From: Halarcobacter sp.
Lineage (GTDB): Bacteria; Campylobacterota; Campylobacteria; Campylobacterales; Arcobacteraceae
NCBI GenBank assembly: GCA_048571215.1
Contig: CP182352.1
Location: 2,912,001-2,976,000, forward strand
Length of the DNA: 64,000 bases
Direction of reading: 5' to 3'
The notes under the pieces are model-generated. The model worked only from the letters and a program-made list of their open reading frames with translations. It did no database searches and was not told the origin of the DNA. Numbering within the stretch: position 1 is the first letter of the stretch; each line of letters starts with the position of its first letter. The translations under genes were made by a program, and so were the position numbers. Of this stretch, positions 1 to 9,809 are shown one piece after another.

Positions 1-471
1 CAAACACAAAGTTTGAAAGATATAAAAGACTCAAACTTTATTGTTGTTCTAGATGGATTAACTGATGTGGGAAATATAGGTGCTATTTGTAGAAGTGCGT
101 ATTCACTTGGTGTTGATGCAATAATTGCGTGCAATGTAAATCAATTGAACTATGCAGCTATTGCTAGAACGAGTAGTGGTGCTTTGTTAGATTTGCCTTT
201 TTGCAATTTTCCAAATATTTTAGATTTGACAAATGAATTAAAACACTCAGGATTTAAACTAGTTGGTGCTTCTATGGAAGGTACTAGTTTAAAAGAGTTT
301 GAACTAAAAAATGAAAAAACTGCACTTTTCCTTGGAAGTGAAGGGGAAGGTTTATCAAATAAAGTGATTAAAAAACTAGACCATAAAGTTTCAATAGAGA
401 TGTCAAACAATTTTGACTCACTAAATGTTTCAGTTGCGGCTGGTATTTTAATCTATAATTTAAAAAACTAA
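1..471 (+). CDS. rlmB: 23S rRNA 2'-O-methyltransferase (TrmH/SpoU family), 5'-truncated by window edge
   Basis: SPOUT motifs LDGLTDVGNIGAICRSA, LGSEGEG, SLNVSVAAGI; frame open from base 1. Confidence 0.85.
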   Translation, partial: QTQSLKDIKDSNFIVVLDGLTDVGNIGAICRSAYSLGVDAIIACNVNQLNYAAIARTSSGALLDLPFCNFPNILDLTNELKHSGFKLVGASMEGTSLKEFELKNEKTALFLGSEGEGLSNKVIKKLDHKVSIEMSNNFDSLNVSVAAGILIYNLKN

Positions 472-480
472 GAGATAAAT

Positions 481-1299
481 ATGTTAAAAAACCTATTCTT
501 AATATTAATTACAACATTAACACTAAATGCAACAAGTTTTACTCAAAGAATTGTGAATATTATTGGATATGATGAATACAGAGTAAATAAAGGTCTTATT
601 GATTACCTTTTTTCAAATGAACAACAATACTATACTAATGGTATGATAAACTATATTGAAGTTATGGAAAAACTTCAAGAGAATGGTTTATTAAAAATAT
701 CTTTTAATACTCCAATGGATGTAAGCATAACATTTCATATCAACCAGGACCCTATCAAGTCATTAAAAATCATCTCTAATTCTTTGAAGTCTTTAGGGTA
801 TTACCATTATTTTACTAAAGAGCTAACATATGATGAAGAGCAAAATATAATTTGGACAATAAACCTAAAAACAGAAGCCGCCATCGACCCTCTTATGTTA
901 TCAAAAGAGCTATATGAAAATAGATGTTATATTTTTGATATCAAAAAAGAGGGTTTAACTAAGTGGTTGTATACAATTGATACAGCAAACTCAATACTAT
1001 CAGATGCAAAAAAAATCACAACATCTGAAAAAGTAACGTTTAGAAAGCCATTGAAACCGTATTTACTAGAGATTGAAAATGGAAATAGATTAGATATTAT
1101 ATCAAAACCTGGTAACCAATGGTTTCCATATGTGGTCTTTTACGATGAACATCTAAATATCTTAGAGATAGTAAAAGAGAACAATGAAAAGAAAGGTATG
1201 AAATTAAGTATACCTTCATACACAAAATATATTAAAATTGAAGATATATACTCACTATCAAATATAAATCGTGGGTTAAGTGTAATAATCAAGGAGTAA
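481..1299 (+). CDS. Hypothetical periplasmic protein
   Basis: 272 aa ORF with Sec signal peptide (MLKNLFLILITTLTLNA); operonic between rlmB and the aminotransferase. Confidence 0.75.
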   Translation: MLKNLFLILITTLTLNATSFTQRIVNIIGYDEYRVNKGLIDYLFSNEQQYYTNGMINYIEVMEKLQENGLLKISFNTPMDVSITFHINQDPIKSLKIISNSLKSLGYYHYFTKELTYDEEQNIIWTINLKTEAAIDPLMLSKELYENRCYIFDIKKEGLTKWLYTIDTANSILSDAKKITTSEKVTFRKPLKPYLLEIENGNRLDIISKPGNQWFPYVVFYDEHLNILEIVKENNEKKGMKLSIPSYTKYIKIEDIYSLSNINRGLSVIIKE

Positions 1300-1304
1300 A
1301 AAAA

Positions 1305-2519
1305 ATGTTTCCAGAAATAGAGTTTGAGAGAATGAAGAGACTTCCAAACTACGTGTTTGCAGAAGTTAATAATATCAAAATGGAAGCTAGACGTGCAGGT
1401 GAAGATATCATAGATTTTTCTATGGGAAATCCTGATGGTCCTGCACCACAACATATTGTTGACAAATTAAAAGAAACAGCAGACAAACCAAAAAATCATG
1501 GTTATAGTGCAAGTGCAGGTATATATAAATTAAGACTTGCTATTTGTAACTGGTACAAAAGAAAATATGGTTTTGAAGGACTAGACCCAAATAAACATGC
1601 TGTTGCAACTATGGGTTCAAAAGAGGGTTATGTTCATCTAGTTCAAGCTATAGTAAATGTTGGAGATGTGGCAGTAGTTCCAGATCCAACTTATCCAATT
1701 CACTCATATGCTTTTATGTTAGCAGGTGCTGCTATTCATAACTTTGAGTTACCATTTGGGGAAGATTTTAGAGTTGATGAAGAGCTATTTTTTGAAAGAT
1801 TAAATAAAACCCTAAGGGAATCAATTCCTAAAGTAAAATATGTTTTAGTTAACTTCCCACACAATCCAAGTTGTGCAACAGTAACACCAGAGTTTTACCA
1901 AAGATTAGTTGATTTAGCAAAACAAGAGAGATTTTATATCATCTCTGATATTGCATATGCAGATATCACTTTTGATGGATATAAAACCCCATCAATTTTC
2001 CAAGCAGAAGGTGCACTTGATGTTGCAGTAGAATCATTTACCCTATCAAAATCATACAATATGGCAGGATGGAGAGTTGGGTTTATGGTTGGAAATGAAA
2101 AACTAATTGGAGCATTAAAAAGAATCAAATCATGGCTTGACTATGGGATGTTTACACCTATTCAAGTTGCAGCAACTGTTGCGCTTGATGGACCACAAGA
2201 TTGTGTTCAAACACATATAGAAAAATATCACTATAGAAGAGATGTGATGATTGAAGCTTTTAAAGATGCAGGTTGGGAGATGAATAAACCAAATGCCTCT
2301 ATGTTTATCTGGGCTAAAATTCCAGAGTGTGCGCAACACTTAGGAAGTATGGAGTTCTCGAAACAATTACTTACAGAAGCAAAGGTTGCAGTAAGTCCAG
2401 GAATTGGTTTTGGATATTATGGTGACCAGTATGTGAGAATTGCCTTAATTGAAAACGAAAAAAGAATTAGACAAGCAGCAAAAAATATAAAGAAATATTT
2501 AAATACATTAAAGAAATAG
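1305..2519 (+). CDS. PLP-dependent class I/II aminotransferase (LL-DAP aminotransferase/AlaC-like)
   Basis: NFPHNP, DIAY, SKSYNMAGWRVG (PLP lysine); upstream of hom. Confidence 0.9.
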   Translation: MFPEIEFERMKRLPNYVFAEVNNIKMEARRAGEDIIDFSMGNPDGPAPQHIVDKLKETADKPKNHGYSASAGIYKLRLAICNWYKRKYGFEGLDPNKHAVATMGSKEGYVHLVQAIVNVGDVAVVPDPTYPIHSYAFMLAGAAIHNFELPFGEDFRVDEELFFERLNKTLRESIPKVKYVLVNFPHNPSCATVTPEFYQRLVDLAKQERFYIISDIAYADITFDGYKTPSIFQAEGALDVAVESFTLSKSYNMAGWRVGFMVGNEKLIGALKRIKSWLDYGMFTPIQVAATVALDGPQDCVQTHIEKYHYRRDVMIEAFKDAGWEMNKPNASMFIWAKIPECAQHLGSMEFSKQLLTEAKVAVSPGIGFGYYGDQYVRIALIENEKRIRQAAKNIKKYLNTLKK

Positions 2520-2527
2520 GACTATAA

Positions 2528-3787
2528 ATGAGAGTAGGAATAATTGGAGTTGGTACTGTTGGTACTAGTGTTGCAAACATCTTAAAAGACAATAAAGGTA
2601 TTATTACTGCACGTTCAGGGGTTGATATTGAACCAGTAATAGGCGTAGTAAATGATTTAAGCAAAAAAAGAGATGTTACTATTGAACTAACTGATGATAT
2701 TGACAAAGTTTTAAATGATGATTCAATAGATATTATTGTAGAGCTTATGGGTGGGATTGAAAAACCTTATGAGGTTGTAAAAAAGGCTTTAAAAAATGGT
2801 AAAGCAGTAGTTACTGCAAATAAGGCACTTTTAGCATACCATAGATATGAACTACAAGAGATAGCAGGAGATACAGCTTTTGAATATGAAGCAGCAGTTG
2901 CTGGTGGTATTCCAATTATTAATGCTCTAAGAGATGGATTAACAGCAAATCATATTAAATCAATCCGTGGGATTATGAACGGTACTTGTAACTATATGCT
3001 TACAAAAATGATAAATGAAGGTGTAGATTACGATACTATCTTAAAAGAATCTCAAGAGTTAGGATATGCAGAAGCTGATCCTACTTTTGATGTGGGTGGT
3101 TTTGATGCAGCGCATAAACTTTTGATTTTGGGTTCTATTGCATATGGAATTGATGCAAAACCTGAAGATATCTTAATAGAAGGTATTCAAGATATAGATA
3201 CTCCTGATATTGATTTTGCAAATGAGTTTAACTATACAATCAAACTTTTAACAATTGCAAAAAAAATAGGTAGTGAAATTGAACTTAGAGTGCATCCTGT
3301 ATTTATCTCAAAAGATGAGATGATTGCTAAAGTTGATGGAGTTATGAACGGTGTTTCTGTTATAGGTGATAAAGTTGGAGAAACTATGTATTATGGACCA
3401 GGAGCTGGTGGAGATGCAACTGCAAGTGCAGTTATTGCAAATATTATAGATATTGCTAGACGAGGTAAGGGTTCTCCAATGTTAGGATTTGAATCTCCAC
3501 ATACAGAAAAACTAACTTTGATGAAAAAAGAAAAAATAGAAACAAAATACTATTTAAGACTTAGAATAGAAGATAAAATTGGGGTATTAGCTAAGGTTGC
3601 TTCAATTTTAGGAGATAACAATATCTCAATAGAAAAAATGATTCAAAAGCCATTAAATAAAACTTGTGTGCATCTACTTCTTTCTACACATACATGTATT
3701 GAAGAGAATATTATAAAAGCACTTAAAAAAATAGAAGATACAAGTGTTGTTACTGCAAAACCTGTTATGATTAGAATTGAGGATTAA
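2528..3787 (+). CDS. hom: Homoserine dehydrogenase with C-terminal ACT domain
   Basis: GVGTVG, VVTANKA, EAAVAGGIP, GIMNGT, GYAEADPTFDV motifs. Confidence 0.97.
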   Translation: MRVGIIGVGTVGTSVANILKDNKGIITARSGVDIEPVIGVVNDLSKKRDVTIELTDDIDKVLNDDSIDIIVELMGGIEKPYEVVKKALKNGKAVVTANKALLAYHRYELQEIAGDTAFEYEAAVAGGIPIINALRDGLTANHIKSIRGIMNGTCNYMLTKMINEGVDYDTILKESQELGYAEADPTFDVGGFDAAHKLLILGSIAYGIDAKPEDILIEGIQDIDTPDIDFANEFNYTIKLLTIAKKIGSEIELRVHPVFISKDEMIAKVDGVMNGVSVIGDKVGETMYYGPGAGGDATASAVIANIIDIARRGKGSPMLGFESPHTEKLTLMKKEKIETKYYLRLRIEDKIGVLAKVASILGDNNISIEKMIQKPLNKTCVHLLLSTHTCIEENIIKALKKIEDTSVVTAKPVMIRIED

Positions 3788-3807
3788 TCCTCAACTCTAA
3801 TCTTTTT
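3771..3807 (+). terminator. Intrinsic terminator of hom operon
   Basis: TTAGAATTGAGGATT/AATCCTCAACTCTAA inverted repeat over the stop codon, followed by TCTTTTT. Confidence 0.7.
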
Positions 3808-3857
3808 AGAAACTTTTTACGGTACTATCTCACAACAAATACAACAATGGATAACTT

Positions 3858-5210
3858 GTGAAAACAGATACAAAACACCTTTTAAATGATAATATCCCTA
3901 GCCTATTAAGACAAATAGCAATACCAGCTAGTACTGGCATGTTTTTTAATACCATGTATAATGTTGTAGATACTTTTTATGCAGGACTTATCTCAACACA
4001 AGCTATATCTGCACTATCTTTATCTTTTATGATATTTTTTACTATTATTGGTTTAGGTTATGGTTTTTCATCTGCAATTACTGCACTAATAGGGAATGCT
4101 AATGGAAAAAACAAAAGATTTTTAGCTTCTTTATATGCCCATAAGGGTATATTTTTTATGCAAACTTTAGCTTTAGTTCTAACCCTTATTGGATTTTTAA
4201 TATCTCCATTTCTTTTTAAACTCCTAGGAGCTAGTGGTGAGTATTTGGATATGTCATTAGATTATATGAATATAATACTTGCTGGTACAATCTTTTTTAT
4301 GACAAATTTTGCCTTAAATGCAATATTAGTTTCTAGAGGAGATACAAAAACCTATAGAAATAGTTTGATTTTTGGTTTTTTTGCTAATTTGATTTTAAAC
4401 CCTTTATTTATATATGGATTTTTATTCATCCCTGCAATGGGTATAAAAGGGATTGCCCTAGCAACTGTGGCTATACAATTTTTTAACAACCTTTATATGC
4501 TTTATAAGGTTATGGAAACAAAACTAGTGCATTTTAGAAATATAAGATATTTTCTACCACACAAAAAGATATATAAAGATTTATTTACCCAAGGTATTCC
4601 TTCAAGTATGAATATGCTTATTATGGCACTGGGTTCTATTATTTTAATGTATTTTGTTTCTTTATATGGAGTTAAAGCTGTTGCTGGATATGGGGTAGGA
4701 TTTAGGGTTGAACAAATTATGCTCTTGCCTGCTCTTGGACTTAGTTCTGCGGTTTTATCAATAGTATCAAATAACTTTGGAGCAAAAAGATATGATAGAG
4801 TGCAAGAAACCCTAAATAAAGCTTTAAAATATGGTTTTTATATCGCAAGCTTTGGTATTGCTTTTTTATATATATTTGGAGATTTTATAATCTCACAATT
4901 TGATAATGATTTAGAAGTTATAAAATATGGCTTTAATTATTTAGTAGTTGAAGTTTGGATTTTTTATGCATATATTATACTTTTTATCTGTGTATCAACA
5001 CTTCAAGCTATCAAAAGACCTAAAATGATATTTTATATAGCCCTTTATAGACAAATTATTGCAAAATTTCTAATAGCCTATATTTTGGTAAGTTTACTAG
5101 AACTAGACTATATCTATTTATGGGTTGGGGTATTAGTTATGATATACAGCGCAGCTATTTTTGCATTTTTCTATACACAAAAGTTATTAAAAGAATACAA
5201 TATACTATAA
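3858..5210 (+). CDS. MATE family efflux transporter
   Basis: ~12 hydrophobic segments; YNVVDTFYAG, RGDTK, GIKGIALAT motifs; GTG start. Confidence 0.93.
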   Translation: MKTDTKHLLNDNIPSLLRQIAIPASTGMFFNTMYNVVDTFYAGLISTQAISALSLSFMIFFTIIGLGYGFSSAITALIGNANGKNKRFLASLYAHKGIFFMQTLALVLTLIGFLISPFLFKLLGASGEYLDMSLDYMNIILAGTIFFMTNFALNAILVSRGDTKTYRNSLIFGFFANLILNPLFIYGFLFIPAMGIKGIALATVAIQFFNNLYMLYKVMETKLVHFRNIRYFLPHKKIYKDLFTQGIPSSMNMLIMALGSIILMYFVSLYGVKAVAGYGVGFRVEQIMLLPALGLSSAVLSIVSNNFGAKRYDRVQETLNKALKYGFYIASFGIAFLYIFGDFIISQFDNDLEVIKYGFNYLVVEVWIFYAYIILFICVSTLQAIKRPKMIFYIALYRQIIAKFLIAYILVSLLELDYIYLWVGVLVMIYSAAIFAFFYTQKLLKEYNIL

Positions 5211-5233
5211 TTTTTGATTAGGAGTTGTTTATT

Positions 5234-6136
5234 ATGAAAATAGATACTTTAAAATTATTAAATAAATTAAATCTTATCTACTATAGATATGATAAACAAA
5301 AAAACAGTTTAGTTCTTGATGAAGAACCAAATGAACACTCTTATAAAGAGTTAATAAAAATCACCTTTATGTTAAGTAAATATAAGGTCACTTTTAACGT
5401 AAATAATGATAAATCAATCTCACTATTTGCATCTTCTTCTATATTTTTCACTCTTAGTAAATATTTTAATGAACTAATTGAAAATTTTAGAAATAGAAAT
5501 TCAAATATTTATATCCTAAGTGACAAAAAAGTTAAGTGGGCAAAAAATCTACCCTTGTTCAAAATAGAGCTTATTCCACAAGATATAGATTTCTCAAGTT
5601 ATGATGCTATAATTTTCACTTCTAAAAATGGGGTTCATTCACTAAATAAATTTAATTCAAAATGGAAAAATATACCTGCATATGTAATAGCACCACAAAC
5701 CGCAAAGGTGCTAAAGCAATTAAAAGGAACTCTAGCCTTTGTGGGGAAAACAAACCATGGAGATGAGTTTGCATATGAACTAATCAAAGAGCTAAAAAAT
5801 AAAAAAGTATTATATATAAGAGCAGAAGAGATTGTTTCTAATTTTACAAAAATATTAAATGACAATGGTGTAGTATGTGAAGAAAAAATAGTTTATAGAA
5901 CTGTTCATAAAAACTTCAAAGAGAAGATTGACTTGCCTAAAAACTCAACTATTATATTCTCTTCACCCTCAACAATAAAATGTTTTTTCAAAAATATCAA
6001 GTGGCAAGAAAGCTTTAAAATAATCTCAATAGGAAAAACAACGGCAAAATATCTTCCAAGTTATGTATCATATGATATTGCTGATACCACATCCCTAGAA
6101 GCTTGCGTAAGAAAGGCAATAGAGATAAAAAAATAA
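5234..6136 (+). CDS. hemD: Uroporphyrinogen-III synthase with ~90 aa N-terminal extension
   Basis: YDAIIFTSKNGV, VYRT, IFSSPST, SIGKTTA motifs; ATG at 5234 follows AGGAG. Confidence 0.8.
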   Translation: MKIDTLKLLNKLNLIYYRYDKQKNSLVLDEEPNEHSYKELIKITFMLSKYKVTFNVNNDKSISLFASSSIFFTLSKYFNELIENFRNRNSNIYILSDKKVKWAKNLPLFKIELIPQDIDFSSYDAIIFTSKNGVHSLNKFNSKWKNIPAYVIAPQTAKVLKQLKGTLAFVGKTNHGDEFAYELIKELKNKKVLYIRAEEIVSNFTKILNDNGVVCEEKIVYRTVHKNFKEKIDLPKNSTIIFSSPSTIKCFFKNIKWQESFKIISIGKTTAKYLPSYVSYDIADTTSLEACVRKAIEIKK

Positions 6137-6145
6137 GATTTTATT

Positions 6146-6174
6146 AGTGCAAAGGTATTAAAAACCTTTACACT
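6146..6174. terminator. Hairpin between convergent hemD and lipoprotein genes
   Basis: AGTGCAAAGGT-N7-ACCTTTACACT. Confidence 0.55.
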
Positions 6175-6175
6175 C

Positions 6176-7201
6176 TTATCTTAAAGAAACCATTTCAGAA
6201 ACAATACCTTTATTAGCATTTTCTAATACCTCTAAAGTTGCGGCTTTGTATTTTATTGGGTCTGCATTATAGATATAGGTTTCCAACTCCCTTTCACCTC
6301 CACCTAGTAGTACAGTTAAACCAGCAGAAATAACACTTCCAACTTTATTCATAGTTGATTTTTCCTCTTTTACTACATTTGCAAATTGTTTTGAAGAAAC
6401 CACCTCTTTTGATAAGCTAATTGATCCAATATTTGTACTAAATGTTCCACCTTGACCACTTGTAATTTGTGTTCTACTACCTCTATGTACTTGTATAGAT
6501 TGTCCAACGCTGATGTTAGCCATATCTCTCCCATTATACTTTTGCGAATATGCAAAAGTTACTACATAATGAACATCAAGTATTGGTATACCTAACTCTT
6601 CAGCAGCTTTTGAGAATCCAGACTCTGGACTTGTCCATCCATAAGCTTGCAAACCATCCCCTTGATTTGCAAAAAGTCTTAACTTTTCTCCACTTGGTGC
6701 AAAAACCAGAGCATTACCTTTAAATGAAGGCATAGATTCATCTGTACTCAAAGGTGAATCTTTTGTAACTACTTCACTAAATGTTTTATTTTTCAAAAGC
6801 TTATCTTTACTAACGATACTATAACCATTACTCTTCAAATTATTAATAAAGTTTTTATACGCTTGATCTGTTATTGTTTGCATCAACTCTTTAGAAATAC
6901 CATTTAACTTCACGTGAGCAGTAGCTCTAGCCATGCCACCTCCGCCACCTAAAAAACTACCTCTATTTTTTGCAGTCATTTTTTGTTCAATTAAAAATGA
7001 TACTTTGAAACCTCCAATTGCTACTTGTTGTTTAGCCTTAAAAGCTTTTGGTGTTTTAACATCATATAATGATTGTGTAGTAGAATTACCATTATTTGAT
7101 GCTCCCATATTTGTACCAGCACAACCACTTAATACAACCAAAAGAATTAGACTAACAAAACCTAAACTAAAAAGTTTTATCTCTGTTAATTTTACATGCA
7201 T
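6176..7201 (-). CDS. Hypothetical lipoprotein
   Basis: 341 aa; hydrophobic stretch ending in lipobox VVLSG-C; strong RBS AAGGAGGAG. Confidence 0.8.
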   Translation of the reverse strand: MHVKLTEIKLFSLGFVSLILLVVLSGCAGTNMGASNNGNSTTQSLYDVKTPKAFKAKQQVAIGGFKVSFLIEQKMTAKNRGSFLGGGGGMARATAHVKLNGISKELMQTITDQAYKNFINNLKSNGYSIVSKDKLLKNKTFSEVVTKDSPLSTDESMPSFKGNALVFAPSGEKLRLFANQGDGLQAYGWTSPESGFSKAAEELGIPILDVHYVVTFAYSQKYNGRDMANISVGQSIQVHRGSRTQITSGQGGTFSTNIGSISLSKEVVSSKQFANVVKEEKSTMNKVGSVISAGLTVLLGGGERELETYIYNADPIKYKAATLEVLENANKGIVSEMVSLR

Positions 7202-7290
7202 ATTATATCTCCTCCTTAAAATCTATAGATTTTAATAATATAATAATATTTTAAGTAAGTCAATAAGTTTCTTTTATTTAGCTTAAATAT

Positions 7291-7983
7291 TTAGATAAAA
7301 ACTTTATTTATATACAGTTCATTAAATGCTGGTTTTAAAATTGCCTTAGCTTCCTTAGCATCTATGTCATTAGTTATGCAGATATTTTTTAGAATCTTTT
7401 CAATTGAATTGTTTTTATCTAAACTTTTTAATACTTCATATATTAATTGGTTTAGCTCTCTATAAACAACTTCATTTGAATCAAAATTATAATAAATAAC
7501 TAAAAAAATTTCTTTTTTTAAATCAAAATTGTGATTAATGATATCATATTTAAATCTTTTAACTCTTGCACTTGGTGATAATTTATAGCTATTTTTATAT
7601 GAAAAGTTTTTAGGTTTTTTTATTTTATACTCTTTCATATAGATTTCTATCTCAATCCAATCATAATATAAAACCTCATAGAGGTGTTTTCTTGAATCAA
7701 ATATTTTATTCTTTTTTAGAAACTTTCTATAGTCATTTGCCATTTGCCAAATAAAAGCAGTCGTAGGGGTATCTTTCATAAAAGCTTTTATAGTCTCTTC
7801 TAACTCTTCTTGTGATATTTGTTCTACAAAAAGTGGAAAACTATTTTTAATAAGCTCAAAATATCTTAAAAAAACCAACTTTTGATATACCTTTACAGCA
7901 CTATTATCAAATTTATTCTCTTGATTTATTAGATTTGAGAAAAATCTATTTTCTATTTGCTTTTCTAAGATTTTTTTAGCCAT
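7291..7983 (-). CDS. DUF2063-type MNIO partner protein (HvfC/BufC-like)
   Basis: VYQKLVF..ELIKNSFP and YEVLYYDWIEIE motifs; overlaps the end of the DUF692 gene. Confidence 0.8.
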   Translation of the reverse strand: MAKKILEKQIENRFFSNLINQENKFDNSAVKVYQKLVFLRYFELIKNSFPLFVEQISQEELEETIKAFMKDTPTTAFIWQMANDYRKFLKKNKIFDSRKHLYEVLYYDWIEIEIYMKEYKIKKPKNFSYKNSYKLSPSARVKRFKYDIINHNFDLKKEIFLVIYYNFDSNEVVYRELNQLIYEVLKSLDKNNSIEKILKNICITNDIDAKEAKAILKPAFNELYINKVFI

Positions 7984-8797
7984 TTTTAGCTCTTCTTACT
8001 ATATCACTCATTTGGATATACTCTTTTTCTAACTCTTCTAAAGGTGGGATATTATTGTCCCTTTCAATCATTACAGGGGCATCTATTTGTTTTAAAGTAT
8101 AATCTAAAAGTTTCCAAACACCAGAGCATATAGGCATACCATGGGAGTCTATTCTCATATTTGATTCCTCATCAAAATAGTGTCCAGCCATATGCATATA
8201 GGCTACTTTACTTTTATCAATCCCATCTATAAACTTTTTTGCTTTAAAGGTATGATTAACAGAGTTTACAAAAACATTGTTTACATCAAGGAGCATTTTA
8301 GCACCTGACTTTTCTAAAACCTCATTTATAAAATCTACCTCAGCCATTTCAGCATAAGGAATATAATAATATGTAGCATTTTCCAAAATAAGATTTCTTT
8401 GAATAATATCCTCAACCTCTTTTACCCTATCACTTACAATATTAACCATCTTTTTAGTCATGGGAATAGGAAGTAACTCATAGGATTGTTTCCCCTCAAG
8501 TGATGAAAAAGAAAGATGCTCAGAATAATACTCAATACCATATCTATCCAAAAAGGTTTTGATCTGTTTGACAAACTTTTTATTTAGTTTGTCAACAGAA
8601 CCAATGGATAAAGATAAACCATGGGCAACTGTAGGTCTTGAAAATACTGCCCCTTCAAAAGCTTTTTCATAGATTTTTGGCATAAACATCCAGTTTTCAG
8701 GAGTTACCTCCCACCAATCTGGTTGAAAATCACTTGAATTGATATCAAGTAAAAAATCACTTCTAAGACCTAAGCCACACCCTTTTAAATTTATCAT
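7976..8797 (-). CDS. DUF692 multinuclear non-heme iron oxidase (MNIO; HvfB/BufB-like)
   Basis: GLGLR, EVTPENW, HGLSLSIGS, YSEHLSF, ILEN, LLDVNN, HMAGH, IDSHG, IERD motifs. Confidence 0.95.
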   Translation of the reverse strand: MINLKGCGLGLRSDFLLDINSSDFQPDWWEVTPENWMFMPKIYEKAFEGAVFSRPTVAHGLSLSIGSVDKLNKKFVKQIKTFLDRYGIEYYSEHLSFSSLEGKQSYELLPIPMTKKMVNIVSDRVKEVEDIIQRNLILENATYYYIPYAEMAEVDFINEVLEKSGAKMLLDVNNVFVNSVNHTFKAKKFIDGIDKSKVAYMHMAGHYFDEESNMRIDSHGMPICSGVWKLLDYTLKQIDAPVMIERDNNIPPLEELEKEYIQMSDIVRRAKNG

Positions 8798-8811
8798 CTA
8801 TTAACCTTTAA

Positions 8812-9096
8812 TCAACCACATTTACCAGCGCCACAAGAACCTTCAACTTTTTTGCTAGCTTTTTTCTCCATCATCTCATCTTTTTTTTCATGACCTTTTT
8901 TGTAATTCATATTTTTCTCTTTAGCCACATTTGCACCACATTTAGAAGAGCCACATGAAGCTTTTTTCTGCATTTTTTTAGTTTCTCCACCACATTTAGA
9001 AGAACCACAAGAACCACTTCCTGCATAAGCTCCAGTACTTGATAAAGCTGCACCTAAAAGAACACCTGCCAATTTAATTTTTGTATTTTTTTTCAT
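8812..9096 (-). CDS. Secreted Cys-rich RiPP precursor (HvfA/oxazolin-like)
   Basis: Signal peptide ending in AYA; three SCGxxKCG units; directly upstream of the MNIO gene. Confidence 0.88.
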   Translation of the reverse strand: MKKNTKIKLAGVLLGAALSSTGAYAGSGSCGSSKCGGETKKMQKKASCGSSKCGANVAKEKNMNYKKGHEKKDEMMEKKASKKVEGSCGAGKCG

Positions 9097-9121
9097 TTTT
9101 TTTACCTTTTAATCTATATAT

Positions 9122-9703
9122 TTATTTTTCTACTGCTGAGATATCCACGATTATTTTAACCTCTTCTCCCACTGCAATACCACCAAACTCTAAGGCTTTA
9201 TTCCATTTAAGTCCAAAATCTGTTCTGTTGATTTTACCCTCTAAAGTAAATCCAACCCTATTATTTCCTTTTAAATCTTTCACTGTTCCAATATCTTTCA
9301 CCTCTAATTCAATTGGTTTAGTAACTCCTCTTATTGTGATATCTCCTAACATTTTACCTTCACTAGGACTCTCTTGTTTGTAAGTTTTCATTTCAAATTT
9401 GATTTGTGGATACTTTTCAGCATAAAAGAAATCTGCACTTCTTAAGTGATTATCTCTTTTTTCTATTCCAGTATTTACTGAGTTAGCTTCAATAATTCCA
9501 ACTAACTTATTAAACTTTTTGGTTTTATAGTCAAAGTCTATTTCACCATCAAATTTTTTAAATTCACCCTTAACATTTGTAATCATAAGGTGTTTAACTG
9601 AAAATCCCACCTCACTATGTACAGTGTCCACAACATGCGGTGTTGCATTTGCAAAGGTAAGAGATAATAATCCCACACATATTATTTTTAGTATTGACTT
9701 CAT
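9122..9703 (-). CDS. yceI: YceI family periplasmic lipid/isoprenoid-binding protein
   Basis: HSEVGFSVKHLMIT, RDNHLRSADFF, INRTDFG; signal peptide. Confidence 0.93.
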   Translation of the reverse strand: MKSILKIICVGLLSLTFANATPHVVDTVHSEVGFSVKHLMITNVKGEFKKFDGEIDFDYKTKKFNKLVGIIEANSVNTGIEKRDNHLRSADFFYAEKYPQIKFEMKTYKQESPSEGKMLGDITIRGVTKPIELEVKDIGTVKDLKGNNRVGFTLEGKINRTDFGLKWNKALEFGGIAVGEEVKIIVDISAVEK

Positions 9704-9714
9704 TTAATCCTCCT

Positions 9715-9776
9715 TTTGATATTAACGAATTTGATATTAATGAATTTTATTGAACTTTTGTGTAGTCAGTGTGTAG
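9715..9776 (-). promoter_or_regulatory. yceI-RiPP operon promoter with OmpR-type direct repeat
   Basis: Minus strand CTACACA-N4-CTACACA-N9-TAAAAT; also tandem 15-mer TTTGATATTAAYGAA x2 at 9715-9744. Confidence 0.6.
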
Positions 9777-9809
9777 ATATATTTTTTTATTATATGCTAT
9801 ACTATTTTT

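Noticed and set aside
6908..6921. CACGTG core resembling parS
   Set aside because: Flanks (CTTCACGTGAGCA) deviate too much from the consensus
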